DNA of 64,000 bases from Lama guanicoe (lineage: Eukaryota): NCBI GenBank assembly GCA_013239625.1, contig MU057202.1, forward strand, positions 2,493,101-2,557,100. The letters are read 5' to 3'. Positions within the stretch are counted from its first letter, which is position 1; every line of letters starts with the position of its first letter. Below the pieces are notes generated by a model. That model did not search any database. It was not told the DNA's origin and worked only from the letters and a program-made list of their open reading frames with translations. The position numbers and the translations under genes were made by a program. This document shows positions 12,580 through 27,226 of this stretch, piece by piece.

Positions 12580-13470
12580 TACTGCCCAAACCCTGGCAAA
12601 GAACAGAAATTACTAACGACTGAAATAAACAACTATTAGAACTGCAACGCCAACATATTAAAAACCAACTGAATTTTTATAACTATCAGCACAAAACTGG
12701 AAAATGAAAGATTTTAAACCCTATTTACAACAGCCTCAAAAAACGCAAGACTCAGGAATAAATACTATAAAACGTGTGATACCTGTGCTCTGCAAACCAC
12801 AAGGGAGTGAAGAAAGAGGCCTGCGGAGCAGAGGCAGGGGTGGCCTGGAAGACTCAGTACTGGGCAGCAACTGTCTCCAAACGGATGTACTGACTCCATG
12901 CCCGCCAATCCTAATCCCGCCAGGCTTTCTGTAGAAACTGACAAGCTGGTTCTGAAATTAGCTGGGAACATCCAAAGCAATCCTGCAGAAGAACCAAGCT
13001 GGAGGACCCACGCCAGCCTGCGTCACGACCTACATAAGGCTGCGGTAATCAAGATGGTGCTGGAGCATAAGGACTGACGACACACTGACAGAGCTCAGGA
13101 GAGCGCCTGGAAACGGGCACGTCTATCTCTTGAGCTGATTTCGACAACGGTGTCCAAGTGATGCAGCGGGGAAAGGGAAGTCTCTTCCACAAGCGGTGCC
13201 TGAACAGCTGGACAACCACGTGCAGCAGCTGAGCCCATCCCACCTCACACCACACACAAGAAGCAATTCAAGACAGGCCACAGACCTAAACCAGTGTGAA
13301 GCTACCAAACTTCTAAAAAGATAGCAAGACACTCTCTTTGCAGCTTGGGAGGAAGCAGAAAACAATAACCACAAAAGAAAAAACTTAACAAATTAGACTT
13401 AACCAAAAATCAAAACCTTCCACTAAAAGTGGCTGAACTCATGAAGGAAAGGCCCTAAAAACAAGATCAG
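12580..13470 (+). mobile_element. Degenerate L1 ORF2 (3' part) fragment
   Basis: tttctgtagaaactgacaagctggttctgaaa...gcggtaatcaagatggtg...ctgatttcgacaacggtgtccaag...gtctcttccacaagcggtgc, diverged L1 ORF2 wording. Confidence 0.8.
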
Positions 13471-13779
13471 ATAAAGAAATAACAGATAAAAATGGAAGCG
13501 AGTGAACTAGTGAGCAGGATTTAAGAGTTGCCATGGTGAATAATGAGACTTGAGCTAAATACCACAAAGGTGACCTGTGAACATTCAGAATCTTATTTAT
13601 TTTGCAGAGAAGGTCAGTGATTAGGAACACCAGCCAGACCCAGTTACTCAGAGCAAAGATCTCTGATGGACACCGACGGTGAAACGACCTCCTCAGATGT
13701 GCACCCACGAGGACAGACACAGGGCCTAGAGCACAGCAGACAAGAGCGAGCGCACCATGGATCCAGGCTTATTCACCAC

Positions 13780-13920
13780 AGATGGCACCGCACAACCACC
13801 ACCTCAATCTGCGTGGTGGCCTCAGAGGGGGGCACTAAGATTCTCCCTGTTCAGAAAAAGTAAGGAACCTTCCCAGAGTCACCCAGCCAGCCAGTGGCAG
13901 GATCAAAGCTAAGCAAAGGC
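13780..13920. mobile_element. MIR SINE fragment
   Basis: cttcccagagtcacccagccagccagtggcaggatc resembles the MIR core. Confidence 0.45.
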
Positions 13921-15161
13921 CATGTGCTTACTGGTCTCATCCCCACCAGGGCCGGCGCCAGGGCTGGCAGGAGCGCGGCGAGGCAGAGGTCACGTGCCCT
14001 GGTGGGCTGTGAATGGGGACCAGCAAACTGACAACGCGCAAAAAGAATCTGGGATATCTTCCGGGCAATTCCATTTCTGTATAATCCAAAAACTACGTAA
14101 GGTTTTCGCAGAGCTCAGGCAGCGAGGTTACAGCAACAAGCCTGCGTCTCTGCCGGGCTCCGGTCAGGCCCGACACTGGCTGTCACTCTCCTGCCACGGC
14201 CAACCCAGCCTCCCAAACGGCTCGGGGCTACAGGCAATCTCCTGGCCCCACTTCGCAAACAAGGACAGTGGCTCCATGAGGGAAAGTCCCTCGAGCACTT
14301 GGCCAGGAGGGTAACAGGGGAAACGACACCACGCCTGGCCGCAGGGGAGCAGTCACGGCATCTCGGCAAGACGGCGGGCAGAACACCGTGCTAAGGACAA
14401 AGCCTGTGAAGGGTGCTGATGAGCCCGGGAAGTGCTTCTGGAATAACAGCAGTTACGCTGAAGGAAAAAACTGTCCGAACGAGACAGCTGGCCTTCATGC
14501 ACGTCACAGAGGCCGAGGGAAGCACGCAGGGTGAGGGAGAGTAGGCACGGAGGCCGCTCCTGGCGGGGCTGCGTCCACACCCCTTCCCTCCTGATTCTCA
14601 GGGTTCGTATCTGACAACGACAAGGTATCACCTTAGAGGTGGGATGAGAAAGCACAAGAGACAAAGGAAAGCAGATTAGCGGGAGGCCAGCGCCCAAGCA
14701 CCTCTACGGCCAAGCACACCACGGGATGGGCCAGGCCACCCTCCTCCCCCTCCCCCCACCCCTGCTCCTCCATGCAGCCCCCAGATCTCCGGAAGTCTCA
14801 GGCTGGGCCCCGGACAGGCAGGGAGCGGGGAGGGGAGGTGGTGGCTCAGCCTTGCCCGTCCCCTATGAAGAAAACCAGGCAGCAACTGCACCAGGAAGCC
14901 AGACAGGAGACTCAGGGCTGGGGTCTTGGGCGGGCGAGGGCCTGCACGGCTTTCAAGGACCCAGGAGATGAGGCTGCAGTTTGAGGAGTGCCTGGGAGGG
15001 GCACCTAAGGAGCAAGCAGGACACCGCAGTCCTGTGGTGCCCGATCCTGCCACAGAACAGCCTGGACTTGGCCTTCGAAGGTGTACAAGGCTGGCATAAA
15101 TCCCAGAACCGGAGTCTGGGTGCGGGAAGTGGGGGGCTGGCAAGCCTCACGATGCAGTTTA

Positions 15162-15440
<279 letters not shown>

Positions 15441-15855
15441 TCATCTACATGAGCTCAAAGCTGCCAGACCGTGGCCGGTGCAAGAAGGGGGCTCAGAAGC
15501 CCTCCAAGCACGGCTGCCTTCCAGGGGGGCTGGCAGGTTCCTGCTGTATAGATGACAGGGTTGCTATGGGGTAGCCGGCTGCCAGGCCAATAGCCCAGAT
15601 CAGAATGTCTTACTCCAAGCTGATACTCTTGCAAAGAGGATAAAAAGGAACAGTGAGGAACTGTGGTTAGAAGAATACATGGTTCTAACTGGAGGCAAAG
15701 TCAGGGGGGCTCCAGCGAGTGCCCCTCTGAGGGGTAAGAGCAGCACCGACGGCGCACAGGGGGCCAGCCCCCCCGCCCCCGCTGGCCAGCACGGAAAGAC
15801 CCCAGCAGGCAGCCGGCACGGGGCCTCAGGAGAACGGGGGAGACCCAGCCCCTCA

Positions 15856-16480
<625 letters not shown>

Positions 16481-17769
16481 TAATCAGCTATTTTTTAAAT
16501 AGAAAATACAGTGGTTAGATCTGAATCCAAGCAAGCCTTTTAGAGAGAACTTACAGGTCTGAAGTGGAGGTAAGGGGCTGGGGGAACCCGCTGGAAGATA
16601 CAAGGAAGAAGCAAGAATGACCCCCAAAGTGGACACCCAGCAGGGCACTGGCCAGAGGAAAACTGGAGATGCTGCTCCGGCAGGAGACATGAGGCAAAGC
16701 AGACACTGCAGCGTGAGGGCGGGTTTTGATCCTGATCCGAACCAGCCAGCTGTCAACAGCCAGCTCTGAGACCACACCCACGTCGTCAGAGAACCCCACT
16801 GAAGCACAGACGCCACCAACCGGGCACGCTACAGCCACCTGCTGAACCCGGGGTGTTCCCACTGCTCTTCTCACTACTCATGTGCGTGTGTGCAAACGAT
16901 AGACAATAAAGGTGGTGACCAGGTCAGAGGAGGGAGCGGCCCCCAGACACGGGCACTCAGCAAACGCACGCACGTTCTCAGCTGGGGCGGGGGGACTCTG
17001 CATCCCCGCTTCAGATGACCCAGAGGACACTCCTGCCCCCCAGGGGAGCCAGCATCCACAGCTTCCAGCTCTGGAGACAGAGGAAGAGAGAACTCAGCCG
17101 TTTCTGCAGCGAGCTGTCTGAAACAACGGCCAGGTGGTGCTGTTCTGTCGTGGGCTCCACGTCCCTGTCTCCTGCTTTCAGAAGCCCTTATTTTTTTTTT
17201 AACTCTATTATTCACTCCCAGTAAGAAAAACAATTATCACCCTCCCCAACTAAAAGGAAGGAAAGAATCTGGCCATGACGGGAGGGAGCTGTATGGCTTG
17301 TCCCTGGGAGAACATTCTAAAAGCAAGGCTCCCCCAGTGACATTAAACATAACAAATGTAAAGTGTTTCTTTAGTGGATGTTTCCACCAAGTTAGAGAAT
17401 ATGAAGCAATACTTATCCCCACCCCAAACCCCACCTGGTGAGCAAAATACAGAGTGACAGAGTAACCAGAGTCACCCAGTGGCCCCCGTGAACCAGGCTC
17501 AGAGGAGTCCACACCCAGGCCGTGGCGCAGCAGAGCCACGCACGGGGACACAAGGCAACGCCAGGCCCCCAGACTTGGCTTCTGGCCTTCCAAGCGTGTG
17601 TGCCGAGAGGGGAACAAAAATCAGGACACTAGCCATGCACAAAGGGCACCTGACTTTGCTCTCACTGCACCACCTGCTGCGGCAACGTCCGAGGCCAGGC
17701 GCCGGCCCAGAGCTCCGCAATTGTGATGCCCACCCAGGTCCTGGCTCCTGATCCAGAGGCCTGGCTCAC

Positions 17770-17940
17770 AGAGCGCGCAGCCAGAGACCCGGCAAGGGCT
17801 GCTCCTGCGAGGCGCCGACACCAGGCCCTTTGGGACAACTCAATTTTAGACTCTGGCTTCCAGACTGGGAGAGTAAATCCTGTTGTTTTAACCCTCCCAG
17901 TGTGTGGTAATTTGTTCCGAGAGCCCCAGGACGCTAAGAC
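17770..17940 (+). mobile_element. MLT1 (MaLR) LTR 3' fragment
   Basis: ttttagactctggcttccagactgggagagtaaatcctgttgttttaaccctcccagtgtgtggtaatttgtt...gccccaggacgctaagac. Confidence 0.7.
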
Positions 17941-18636
17941 GGTGAGTGATAAGTGATCTGTGAGGAGAGGCTCTGAGACCCTGGAAATACCCCATTTCCC
18001 AAAAAGCGCTCACTTGCTGGTTTCACCAGCCAGCGAGGACCCTGGCCCGGCTCTGGCGTTACCATGAGGGTGAGGAAACATTTAAAACCCCACGTTCTGA
18101 CTCTGCTCTAAGACTTCTGTCCCCGAGGCCATGCCTGCAGGGTGACCATGCCAACGCCTCACCCCAGGGCATCTCCCATGCTGGACTGTGTCTGATTCAT
18201 AGAGCAAGCACTCCACACGCGCTGGGACAACAGAAGGCACTGCAGTAGTGACAGATCAAGGCACAGAGACGGACACTTGCCACAACACCGGGCCCAGGCC
18301 GCACGGTCCCCTGGAGTGCGTGGGCTTATGCTTTCCATCCAGGACTAGGCTCCGAGTGCCCCATGCAGCCTCCTTTCCTTTCAGCCTGCAGACCCCCCAG
18401 TTCAGGGCTACGAACCAGCGCACGACCCAACACCAGAGTGTCCTGCGGTGTGAGGGCAGTGGCCCTCAGTGTCTGGGAGACAGGGACCAGGGAAGGGAAG
18501 ATGCCCTCACAGCAGCTGGCATCCCATCACCACAGAGTCCGGAGATGAGGCAGAAGCCAAGAGCGACCTTAAATGAATCTCTGCTCATTTAGAAAATGAC
18601 ACCTGACTCCCAAAAAGTAATCCGATTACTTTGTCA

Positions 18637-18933
<297 letters not shown>

Positions 18934-19419
18934 TCAAGCAAACCACCCCTACACAATGGGTCGTTCGGAACCTCAGCCTCTGCAACCCAGCTCCAACAAC
19001 TAGGAACCGCTGCCTCGGAGGACACAGTGAGCGCCCTCGTCAAGTAGAGCCTCCCGGCAGTGCACACAGCTGAGGGGGCGTGGGCTTCTCTGACGGAGGT
19101 GGAGTCCAAAGCGCCCAGGGCTGTGCAGTGAGATTTACGCTGCCTCGTCTGTCTTTAAAAAAAATTTCCCCCTTATTTCAAAAGCAACACGTGTGTATCC
19201 ATCAGCGGAGAAAAGGCACCTAATGCCGACCTGAGATCCCACTGCCCACGCTGGCCAGCGCGGTAAACGCCACAGGAACCACCCTCACTTCGTGTATTTG
19301 CTGAGCGAACAAGTGAAGGGATGAGCAGGCTGCCCAGAGAAGACAAGCAGCTTATGCAGGGCCCTGCCTGCCAGCCGGAGGGCCTGGGGTCTCTCTGCAG
19401 CCAGCATGTGCTGGTGCAT

Positions 19420-19986
19420 CTTACGTGTCATCTGTGCTGGGCCACGGGGGGGTCCAGACACTTCTGGTCAAACATGATTCTGGTCTGCCTGTGCTCTGGG
19501 TGAGATTAGTATTGAGATCTGTGGACAGAGAGCACAGAATGTGTTCCCTCGTGTGGCGGGCCTCGTCCAATCAGTTGAAGGCCCGGACAGAAGAAGGCTG
19601 GCACTCCCATCAGTGTGGAGGAGCTCCGCCTGCCTGGCTGCAAGCTGGGACATCGCGTTTTCTAAGTAGATCATGGGCTCTTCCTGAACAGCACAAAAAG
19701 GCTGAGCCTCCCATGAACACGGGGCAATCTTCTCCTGCCTGAGTGCCTTGAGCTGGTGCACTGGGCTTTCCTGGCCTTCGGACTCCATCTGAAACATGGG
19801 CTTTTCCTGGGGCTGGAACCTGCTGGACTGCAGACTGGAACTACACCATCGGCTCCTCTGGTCTCCAGCCTGCTGACTGAAGAGCCTCAGACTTGCCAGC
19901 CTCCCTGGCTGTGTGATCCAATTCCTTGTAATAATCTCTATATACAAAGAAAGCGGTTTGGTGTCTGAGAACCCCGGCTAACACAC
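19420..19986 (+). mobile_element. MLT2 (ERVL) LTR
   Basis: tggtcaaacatgattctgg...gtggcgggcctcgtccaatcagttgaaggccc...actacaccatcggctc...tctgagaaccccggctaacaca. Confidence 0.75.
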
Positions 19987-20339
19987 AGTGGGGGCCACGG
20001 GTGGTCTGCACCATCACACCAGTCTGCAGGAGGAAGACCGAGCGACAGGCCCAGAGGGGCCTGAGCCCAGACAACAGCCCTCTGGGGACCACCTGGTCTG
20101 GGGCACAGAGAAGGGGAAGGTGAGGCCAGAACCATCCCAAGGCTGCAGGGCGTACAGGCAGCTGGTGGGAAAAACACCAGGTGCTACCGAGGTTTCAGCC
20201 TGAGGACACACGTCTCTAAGTGAGCCTGACTGTCTGCAGGACACCTGCCATCCCCTCTGTGTGCAATCTTCTGAGCCACTTTACCAGGCACACATCAAAG
20301 TCCGTGCTTATTTTACGGCCATACCCTGATGGGGTTCAT

Positions 20340-20612
20340 GCTTGTTACACAAGCAATATTAAGCAGAAACCATGAACAGTGAACTTCAGACAGTGCAACA
20401 CACACTCAGGTGTTTAAGGGTGAAGCAGACTGATGCCTGCCACTCACCGTGAAATGCATCTCAGAATAGGATGGACAGATGGACAGATGCATGAGAGCAG
20501 AGTGGAGCAGGGCACTATGGAATCGGGTGATGGTAAATGGGTACTCACCACACAACTCTTTCCACTTTTCTGTATGTTTTTAAATTTTTATTGTAAAATG
20601 GTGGAGGAAAAA
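20340..20612 (+). mobile_element. Old L1ME-like 3' end fragment
   Basis: gggtactcaccacacaactctttccacttttctgtatgtttttaaatttttattgtaaaatg. Confidence 0.55.
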
Positions 20613-21040
20613 TTAAATCTCAGTAGATGCAGAAAAGGCCCTGACAGAATTCGACATCCATTTACGATGAAGACTCTCACGTGGGGGGTTAGGACAGAAG
20701 GTACTGCAACGTGGTAAGGCCACACATGACAAACCCACAGCCAGTATCAGGCTCAACAGTGAAAAGCGGAAAGCCTTTCCCCCAGATCAGGAACAAGACA
20801 AGGATGCCCATTCTCGCCACGCTCATTCGCCGTAGGACTGCAAGTCCTAGACAGAGCAATTAGGCAAGAATAAGAAATAAAATGTATCCAAATGGGAAAG
20901 GAAGAAGTAAAACTGCCACTATCTGCAGATGACGTAACTATTTCTAGAAAATCCTAAAGACACCACCAAAAAGCTAAGAACTAGCACACGAACTCAGCTA
21001 AGCCGCAGGATACAAAACCGCTGCGCAGGACACAATCAGG
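20613..21040 (+). mobile_element. L1 ORF2 reverse-transcriptase fragment
   Basis: atctcagtagatgcagaaaaggc (ISxDAEKA), ggaacaagacaaggatgcccattctcgcca (GTRQGCPxSP), tctgcagatgac (FADD-like); degenerate. Confidence 0.9.
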
Positions 21041-23651
21041 AGAAACAGCACGAAGAAACCCAGCCAGGTCAGCAGCAGAGGCTCTCTCCTCTCTCAGACG
21101 TACCTCCGGCGGGCGCCCCGCGGCCTTTCCAGAAGCACCCCTCTGCTGTATTCTTACCAGAGGTCTCCTTCCTCCCTCAGTAACCATCCCCACCTGTGTT
21201 CTTGGCTCCACTTGGCAGACTGGGCTTTGGGGGGCCTTCCTGTCAGACTCCATCCTGTGCAGCAAACACCCCTTGTCATCTGCCCTGAGGGTTAAAGGTT
21301 GCCTGCCCGCCTCCTCACTTGTGGTGGGCAACGTTCCAAATTCCTTGCGTCACTGGAACAACCTGGAGCCCTGCCAGAATTCTAGGTTTGACCTCAAACC
21401 CCAGAGCCCTACAGTCATAGCAAGAGTCATCTTTAAGGTCAAAGTGCAGTCTGACAGTCACTGTAGGTTTGCACACAAGGACACGTGTCAGATCCCCAGT
21501 AAAGACCACGAAGCCCCCATGACACCCTCGAAGCCGAGCAGACAAGAATTATCCAGACCATCAGGCAGCAACACGCGGTTCCCAACAGAAGAGCCGCAGC
21601 CTCACGCAACGCTGACTCGTTTCTCCCAGGACGGCGTCTCTCGGGTCCTGGGGAATGTGGCCCGGAGGACTCCAGGAGACCAGAGGACGCAGGTCCTCAC
21701 ACCTCCACGAAGGGCACGAGCGGATGAGGGAGGCAGGAATGGCAGCAGGTCCCACGCCCCTTACAAGCCAGCTGTCACCGCAGGCCCCTCGGGAGCCTTG
21801 GCCAGCGTCAGAGGACGGATCTCCAGCTGCCCTTAGGACACAGCAGGACACGGGAACACTGAACACCTGGGCACACGGACATTTCAGATCGCGCTGAGTC
21901 TGGCTTTCCCTCGTCACACGTGGAAACGCGTCCGCTGACATCCCAGGAGCCCATGAAGGTAACAGACCCACCACAGTGCAAGCATGTCCACGGAGAGGGG
22001 CAACCAGCGCTGACAACTGGCTACTTCCATTCTGTTTTTAGGAGCTTGCACGCTTTCCACAGTGACTGCTGGGCTCTTGTTATTCCACCCAATCCTCGAG
22101 GGGACAGCAGGCCCCAACTGAAACGAGCCGGCCATACGGCCATCAGCCACAAGCAACAGGGGACACCCCAGGACGCAGCTACCATGCCCAGACGCGCAAG
22201 CCAAGGCCTCCCCGGGGCGTGGTCACAGTCTGGACTCACGGTGCGTCCTCATTAGCCGCAGAGAGCTTTTGCACACCCCCAGCACAATTCTGGGCACTTC
22301 TAGGTCCCAGCCTCCGAGCACCCAGAGGTGGGTCAGAACCCCACGCTAGCTCTGCGGTGTACATTTCGGGTAGGCTGTTGTTCTAGAAGAATCCTGGGTC
22401 AGCCATGTGACGTCATGAACCTCTCAGCGCTTGTCTGTTTGGACCTAAGAGCTCGCACACCCGGTTCCCGTCAGCACAGCTTCACGTCGATCTGCCCACC
22501 CACGACGTCAGTTCTCCCGCGGGGCCGGAGGAGGCCCGGCTGCCTGACCGCTAAGCAGGGAGGGAGGGCCAGTCTGTGATGGGGCGTTCTAGAGAGGCTG
22601 TTTCCCAGAGGGTTTGGGAAAGGACAGAATTCATGCCTTCAAACCTGGCCAGCCCGACCCCCTTCCCTTCCGAGCGCAGCCCACCCCGGGCTTGAGGTGA
22701 CAGCTCCCACCTCGCCACCCCGGGCCTGGGCAACACAGACACGGTGGGTTTGTAAGCAGTCGTGTGCAGCCCTCAGAGGCCACCCCAGAGCATGCTGCCC
22801 ACACCTGGGCAGCCCTGTCCTGACCCCCGGGCAACCCCCTGAGTAGAGTGGGGCCGGCCAGCACACAGCAGCCAAGTGGCCGGGGGTTAGGAGACACTCC
22901 ACAAACGACTCTACTCCCCCTGCTCCGAGCAGTTTTGTGGGGAGCTGTGCACTTCTAAGACTCAGAAGGGGGTCTGCTCCGTGCAGGAGGCGGACGTGAG
23001 GAGCGCTCAGAGGGGCCGGCGTGAAGCGCAGGAGGGTGTCCGGGTGCTTCCAGAAATGTGAGAGCGGCTCTCAGTGCGTGTCAGCTCAACCCAAGAAAAA
23101 GCAGAGACAGCATTAACCGCCTATGGAAAACGGCTTAGGGAAATTTCCAGAGCTCAAATAACGCCAATCAAAAGAGGAATCAGGAGCTAAACAATCAGCT
23201 GTCTCCACACGCTTCTGCTGTGTGTGCTACGTGCACGGACGCTTTTTAAACTGACACATGCTGTTAAAACGTGGCTGACCAGCAAAGCCCGGATGTGGAC
23301 ACTGACCTTTCATTTTGGAATAGAAAGGCTTTTGGGCTGCTACTCTGTCTCAAGAAGTGACACATGTTAAAATGCACATCGACACAGTGACCTTGGCTGG
23401 TACGACCCAAAAACCCAAAGCCACTGTGGAAACTCGGCCCATCCGTGCAGCTGCCCTGGGGCCGCCGCTCCGCGATGACCAGGTCACCCTGAGCCAGGGA
23501 GGACCCACAGCTCAGTGAGAACAGCAAAAGCCAGGGAGGTCAGCTTGCTCTCGGGACCAAAGCCGTCCCCGTGCTGGGTGGGAGGGCCCTCTCCATGCAG
23601 CTTCTCGGCCGTGCTCGCCCACGAAAGCAGACGCCAGCAGGAGGTACGTAC

Positions 23652-23738
23652 GGCAGGTGTAAACATCTCTGTACTCCATGTGTTCATAATCGGGAAGAAT
23701 TTTCATGAAACGTCCTGACTTCACACGAGGGTTTATAC
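23652..23738 (-). CDS. FBXO31: FBXO31 alternative cassette exon (87 nt, 29 aa) in intron 2
   Basis: GTGTCCGTTCAG|(R)INPRVKSGRFMKILPDYEHMEYRDVYTC C|GTACGT; phase 1-1, stop-free, in frame with exons 2 and 3. Confidence 0.8.
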
Positions 23739-24794
23739 CTGAACGGACACAGCAGGGAGAGGGCTAAAGATGGTTCTGCCTTCACAACTGCAGAAACAGT
23801 GTTCATACGACTCGACACCCCTCCCTCACCCACATCACACAATTCCCTCACTTCCTCGACCCCCACGTTGCTGGGAGGCAGGCGCTCGCCAAGGTGGTGG
23901 TGGTGACAGCCGTTCTCCCAAGTCATGATCCACACCAGACAGTCCCAACGGAGGCCAGCCGGGACCCCCGCCGGCTCTCTCCCCATCACCCGCCACCACC
24001 AATGGGGCCCCCGAGCTGAGAGGGCAGAGGTCAAGGCTTGGGGATGTTTGACGTGACCATGCAGGAAACTCTGTGCCTCAACTAGGACGCCCGCTTGCCC
24101 GGTGCACACCTGGCACTTTCCTCCATCAGCTCCGTGTGTGTGCTGTTTGTGATGAGGGACGGTGATCGCCAGCCCCCTCAGTCAGACCCCTTCCCTCCTG
24201 AATCAAGGTGGCTGACTCTGCCATCTACACTGGAGCCAGGGCTGACTGTCCTCCACCACCTGTTCCAGAAGCTAAGTGACCTCCTTCTGCAGGAGGCCTT
24301 CAAAGCAAATTCACAAAAACACAGTTCCTGCTCCTGTGAAATGAAAACTGAAGCCACTTTGGCCGAGGACAATTCAACAGTCTGGGACGTGAAACAACAG
24401 TCAGTATGAATTCTTCTCTGGATCTTGTAACCATTTTCAAGGGGTCGAGAAGCAGCAGTCAAAGAAGTCTCCAGATGCCCCCCTGCGCCTGGGCACGCCC
24501 ATGTGACCATCCCACCACCACCCACCCAGACCTCCCCCTCTCCTCCTGCTCACAGGCATGCACCACCCACCTGTCTGCCCACCTGCACCCAGGCACCCCC
24601 GCCACAGGACAGCTGCCCCCCCGGGCCCACAGCAGAGAGGAGCTCTGCAGGGGCCTTAATTCCCCACCTGTGCTCTCCTCTGGGTTTCAGCTCCTAACAC
24701 CTGGCAGGTGTGAGCTCCCGCCTCCCTCCAGGATGCTATTTTGAGTGCTTACAACTTAGAGTGAAACCGAGTTGCTTTAAGATGATGTTATCAG

Positions 24795-24877
24795 CATTGT
24801 GCTGTGCACCAGAAATTGATACGACGTTGTAAACTGACTATACTTCAATAAAAATACATATATACCCCAAAAAAAAA
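24795..24877 (+). mobile_element. Short 5'-truncated L1 3' end with A-rich tail
   Basis: tgctgtgcaccagaaattgatacgacgttgtaaactgactatacttcaataaaa...aaaaaaaaa, flanked by imperfect direct repeats gatgttatca / gatgtcatca. Confidence 0.7.
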
Positions 24878-26953
24878 GATGTCATCAAATGGCCTAATTC
24901 AAAAAGCAGTCAGAGGATAAGAACTTGTGGTATCAGATCCTCGTGAAAACAGCTGACCGTCCAAAAACCCAGCAGACCTCTCGAGTGAGCATTCTCAGAG
25001 ACTGCTGAGGCCAGGCCGGCTCTGACTCAGACATCGACGCCCACAGCCCTAGACTCTACACTCCGGCAAACTTGAGGCACAGAGCTCTGGGGAGCAACGC
25101 TGGAGTAGAGAGTGGAGCCAGGGCCACGGGGGCACCCCCAGAGCAGAGGGTACCGGGGAGGGGACACACCAGCTTTCTGCCTCTGAACTCTCAGCTTGAC
25201 AGGATTCAAAGCAGCGTTGCTCTCGCCATTGAGGCCAGAAGACAGGAAGGAGTTTCACTTCCGCGAGACGGGGCCACTCAGGCTCCCAGACCCACCCTCC
25301 TGGAGACACTAGGCCTCTTGGGTTGGTGGGTTGTGGAGCAAGGCCAGAGAAGAAAGCAAAGTCTGAAGTGCACAGGGAGGAGGAGTGGGAGGTCTTGCGC
25401 ACACCAGCCCCACACTGGGCCCAGGACCAAGGACAGGGGCACAGGCGGCGGGGGAGGGGGGGAAGGGCAGCCGAGCAGCCGANNNNNNNNNNNNNNNNNN
25501 NNNNNNNNNNNNNNNNNNNNNNNNNNNNNNNNNNNNNNNNNNNNNNNNNNNNNNNNNNGGGGGGGAATGGCGGCCGAGGGTGAGGACGCAGCTGGAGGCC
25601 CTTGGGGAAGGGGAGAAGGGGTGCTGGGGGGTGGTGGCAGAAGTGGGGCTGGGACATGCAGGGCTCCCAGAGGCAGCAAGGAGGGCCAACACCCAGAACT
25701 GCACGTGCCCAGGGCAGCTAGGCTCCTCATGGAAGGTCTACGAGGCACCCAGAGCCTCTGACAGGAGATCCCCACCGCGAGGGCAAACCCTAACCCAGGA
25801 ACACGGGCTGACCCAACAACCCCGCAGGATAAGTGTGGGGACAAGTCTCATGGGATAAGGAAACGTGCCAGTGAAACCAGCCCGGTTCAGGGGCCAGCCG
25901 CACAGGAAGTCCACACTCTACCTGTGCAGGGTGGGGGTTGGGGGTGCAGGTGAAGGAGGGGTGTCTCCAGGGGGCCTCTGAGGGGGACAAACCCACTGAA
26001 AAGAGGGTACACAGCAAGTGACAACAGCTAGCAAGCCCCCAGACCCTGGAAGGAAGCTTCCAGCACATCAGCGCAGGCCCAGCAGCCTGGCCCACAGAAA
26101 GCCCCGCTGCCTCTGTCCTCAGTCCTGAATGACAGGTGTTTCCAGGCAGAAGCACAGCCCCAGGTTCCCAGGGAAGGCGTTTAAGTAAGAAGCACCACCT
26201 GGTCTAAGTGTTCAATACGGAACTGGGTACAAAGTTCAAAAGAACATGAAAACCAAAATCTAACAAGACGGTTTTAAGATGAACACTTAAGGTCCTTTCA
26301 GAGAGATCAAAAGGTCAACTTTAGGCCAAAGAGAAGTGAGTCACCATGGTTCCTAAATGCCCAGCCTGAGGTGTTGACAAAGCAGGCCACACCCCCCACC
26401 ATGAGTGCACTGCCCAGAGCAACATCCCTGCCAACAGCCTCAGGCAAAGGGCACTGAGGAAAGGCCAGTGGGGAAGATGCTTGGGACCTGCAGGGGAGGG
26501 TGGGGAACTCTGAGCATCAGAGAGCGTTGCTGGCAAAGGAGCACAGAACAAGAAAGATGGGGCTGCGGGACTCAACAAGCCTGCAGGAAGGCGGGGGGGC
26601 TGGGACTGGTGCGGGCCCGGGCAGGGGGAGGGGTCAGCTGCAGTCCACGTCTCCAGCCAGGCTGCGGCCCAGGATGCAGAGAAAGGGACACCTCCGGAGG
26701 AACACCAGGGTTGTTTCCAGGGTAGCCACGCTCCCCAGACCGGTGTGGGCTGCAAAATCAGGGTTGTGATACAGCCAGAAGGGGAGAAAAGAGCCCCTCC
26801 CTTTCCAGCGCTGTCACTACCAGTGTTGTCTTTTAAATGTCAAGTATGACTTTTTAAGACGGTGTCTGAGAGAGAACCTGTAGGCTGGGGGCCAAATTAT
26901 TTCTGTTTTCCACAGTTGGTGCTCACCGTGTGTCTGCTTTTGGAACAAAGTTA

Positions 26954-27226
<273 letters not shown>

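Noticed and set aside
25049-25858. Long ORFs spanning the N gap (likewise near 55972-56601)
   Set aside because: Length is inflated by unknown bases.
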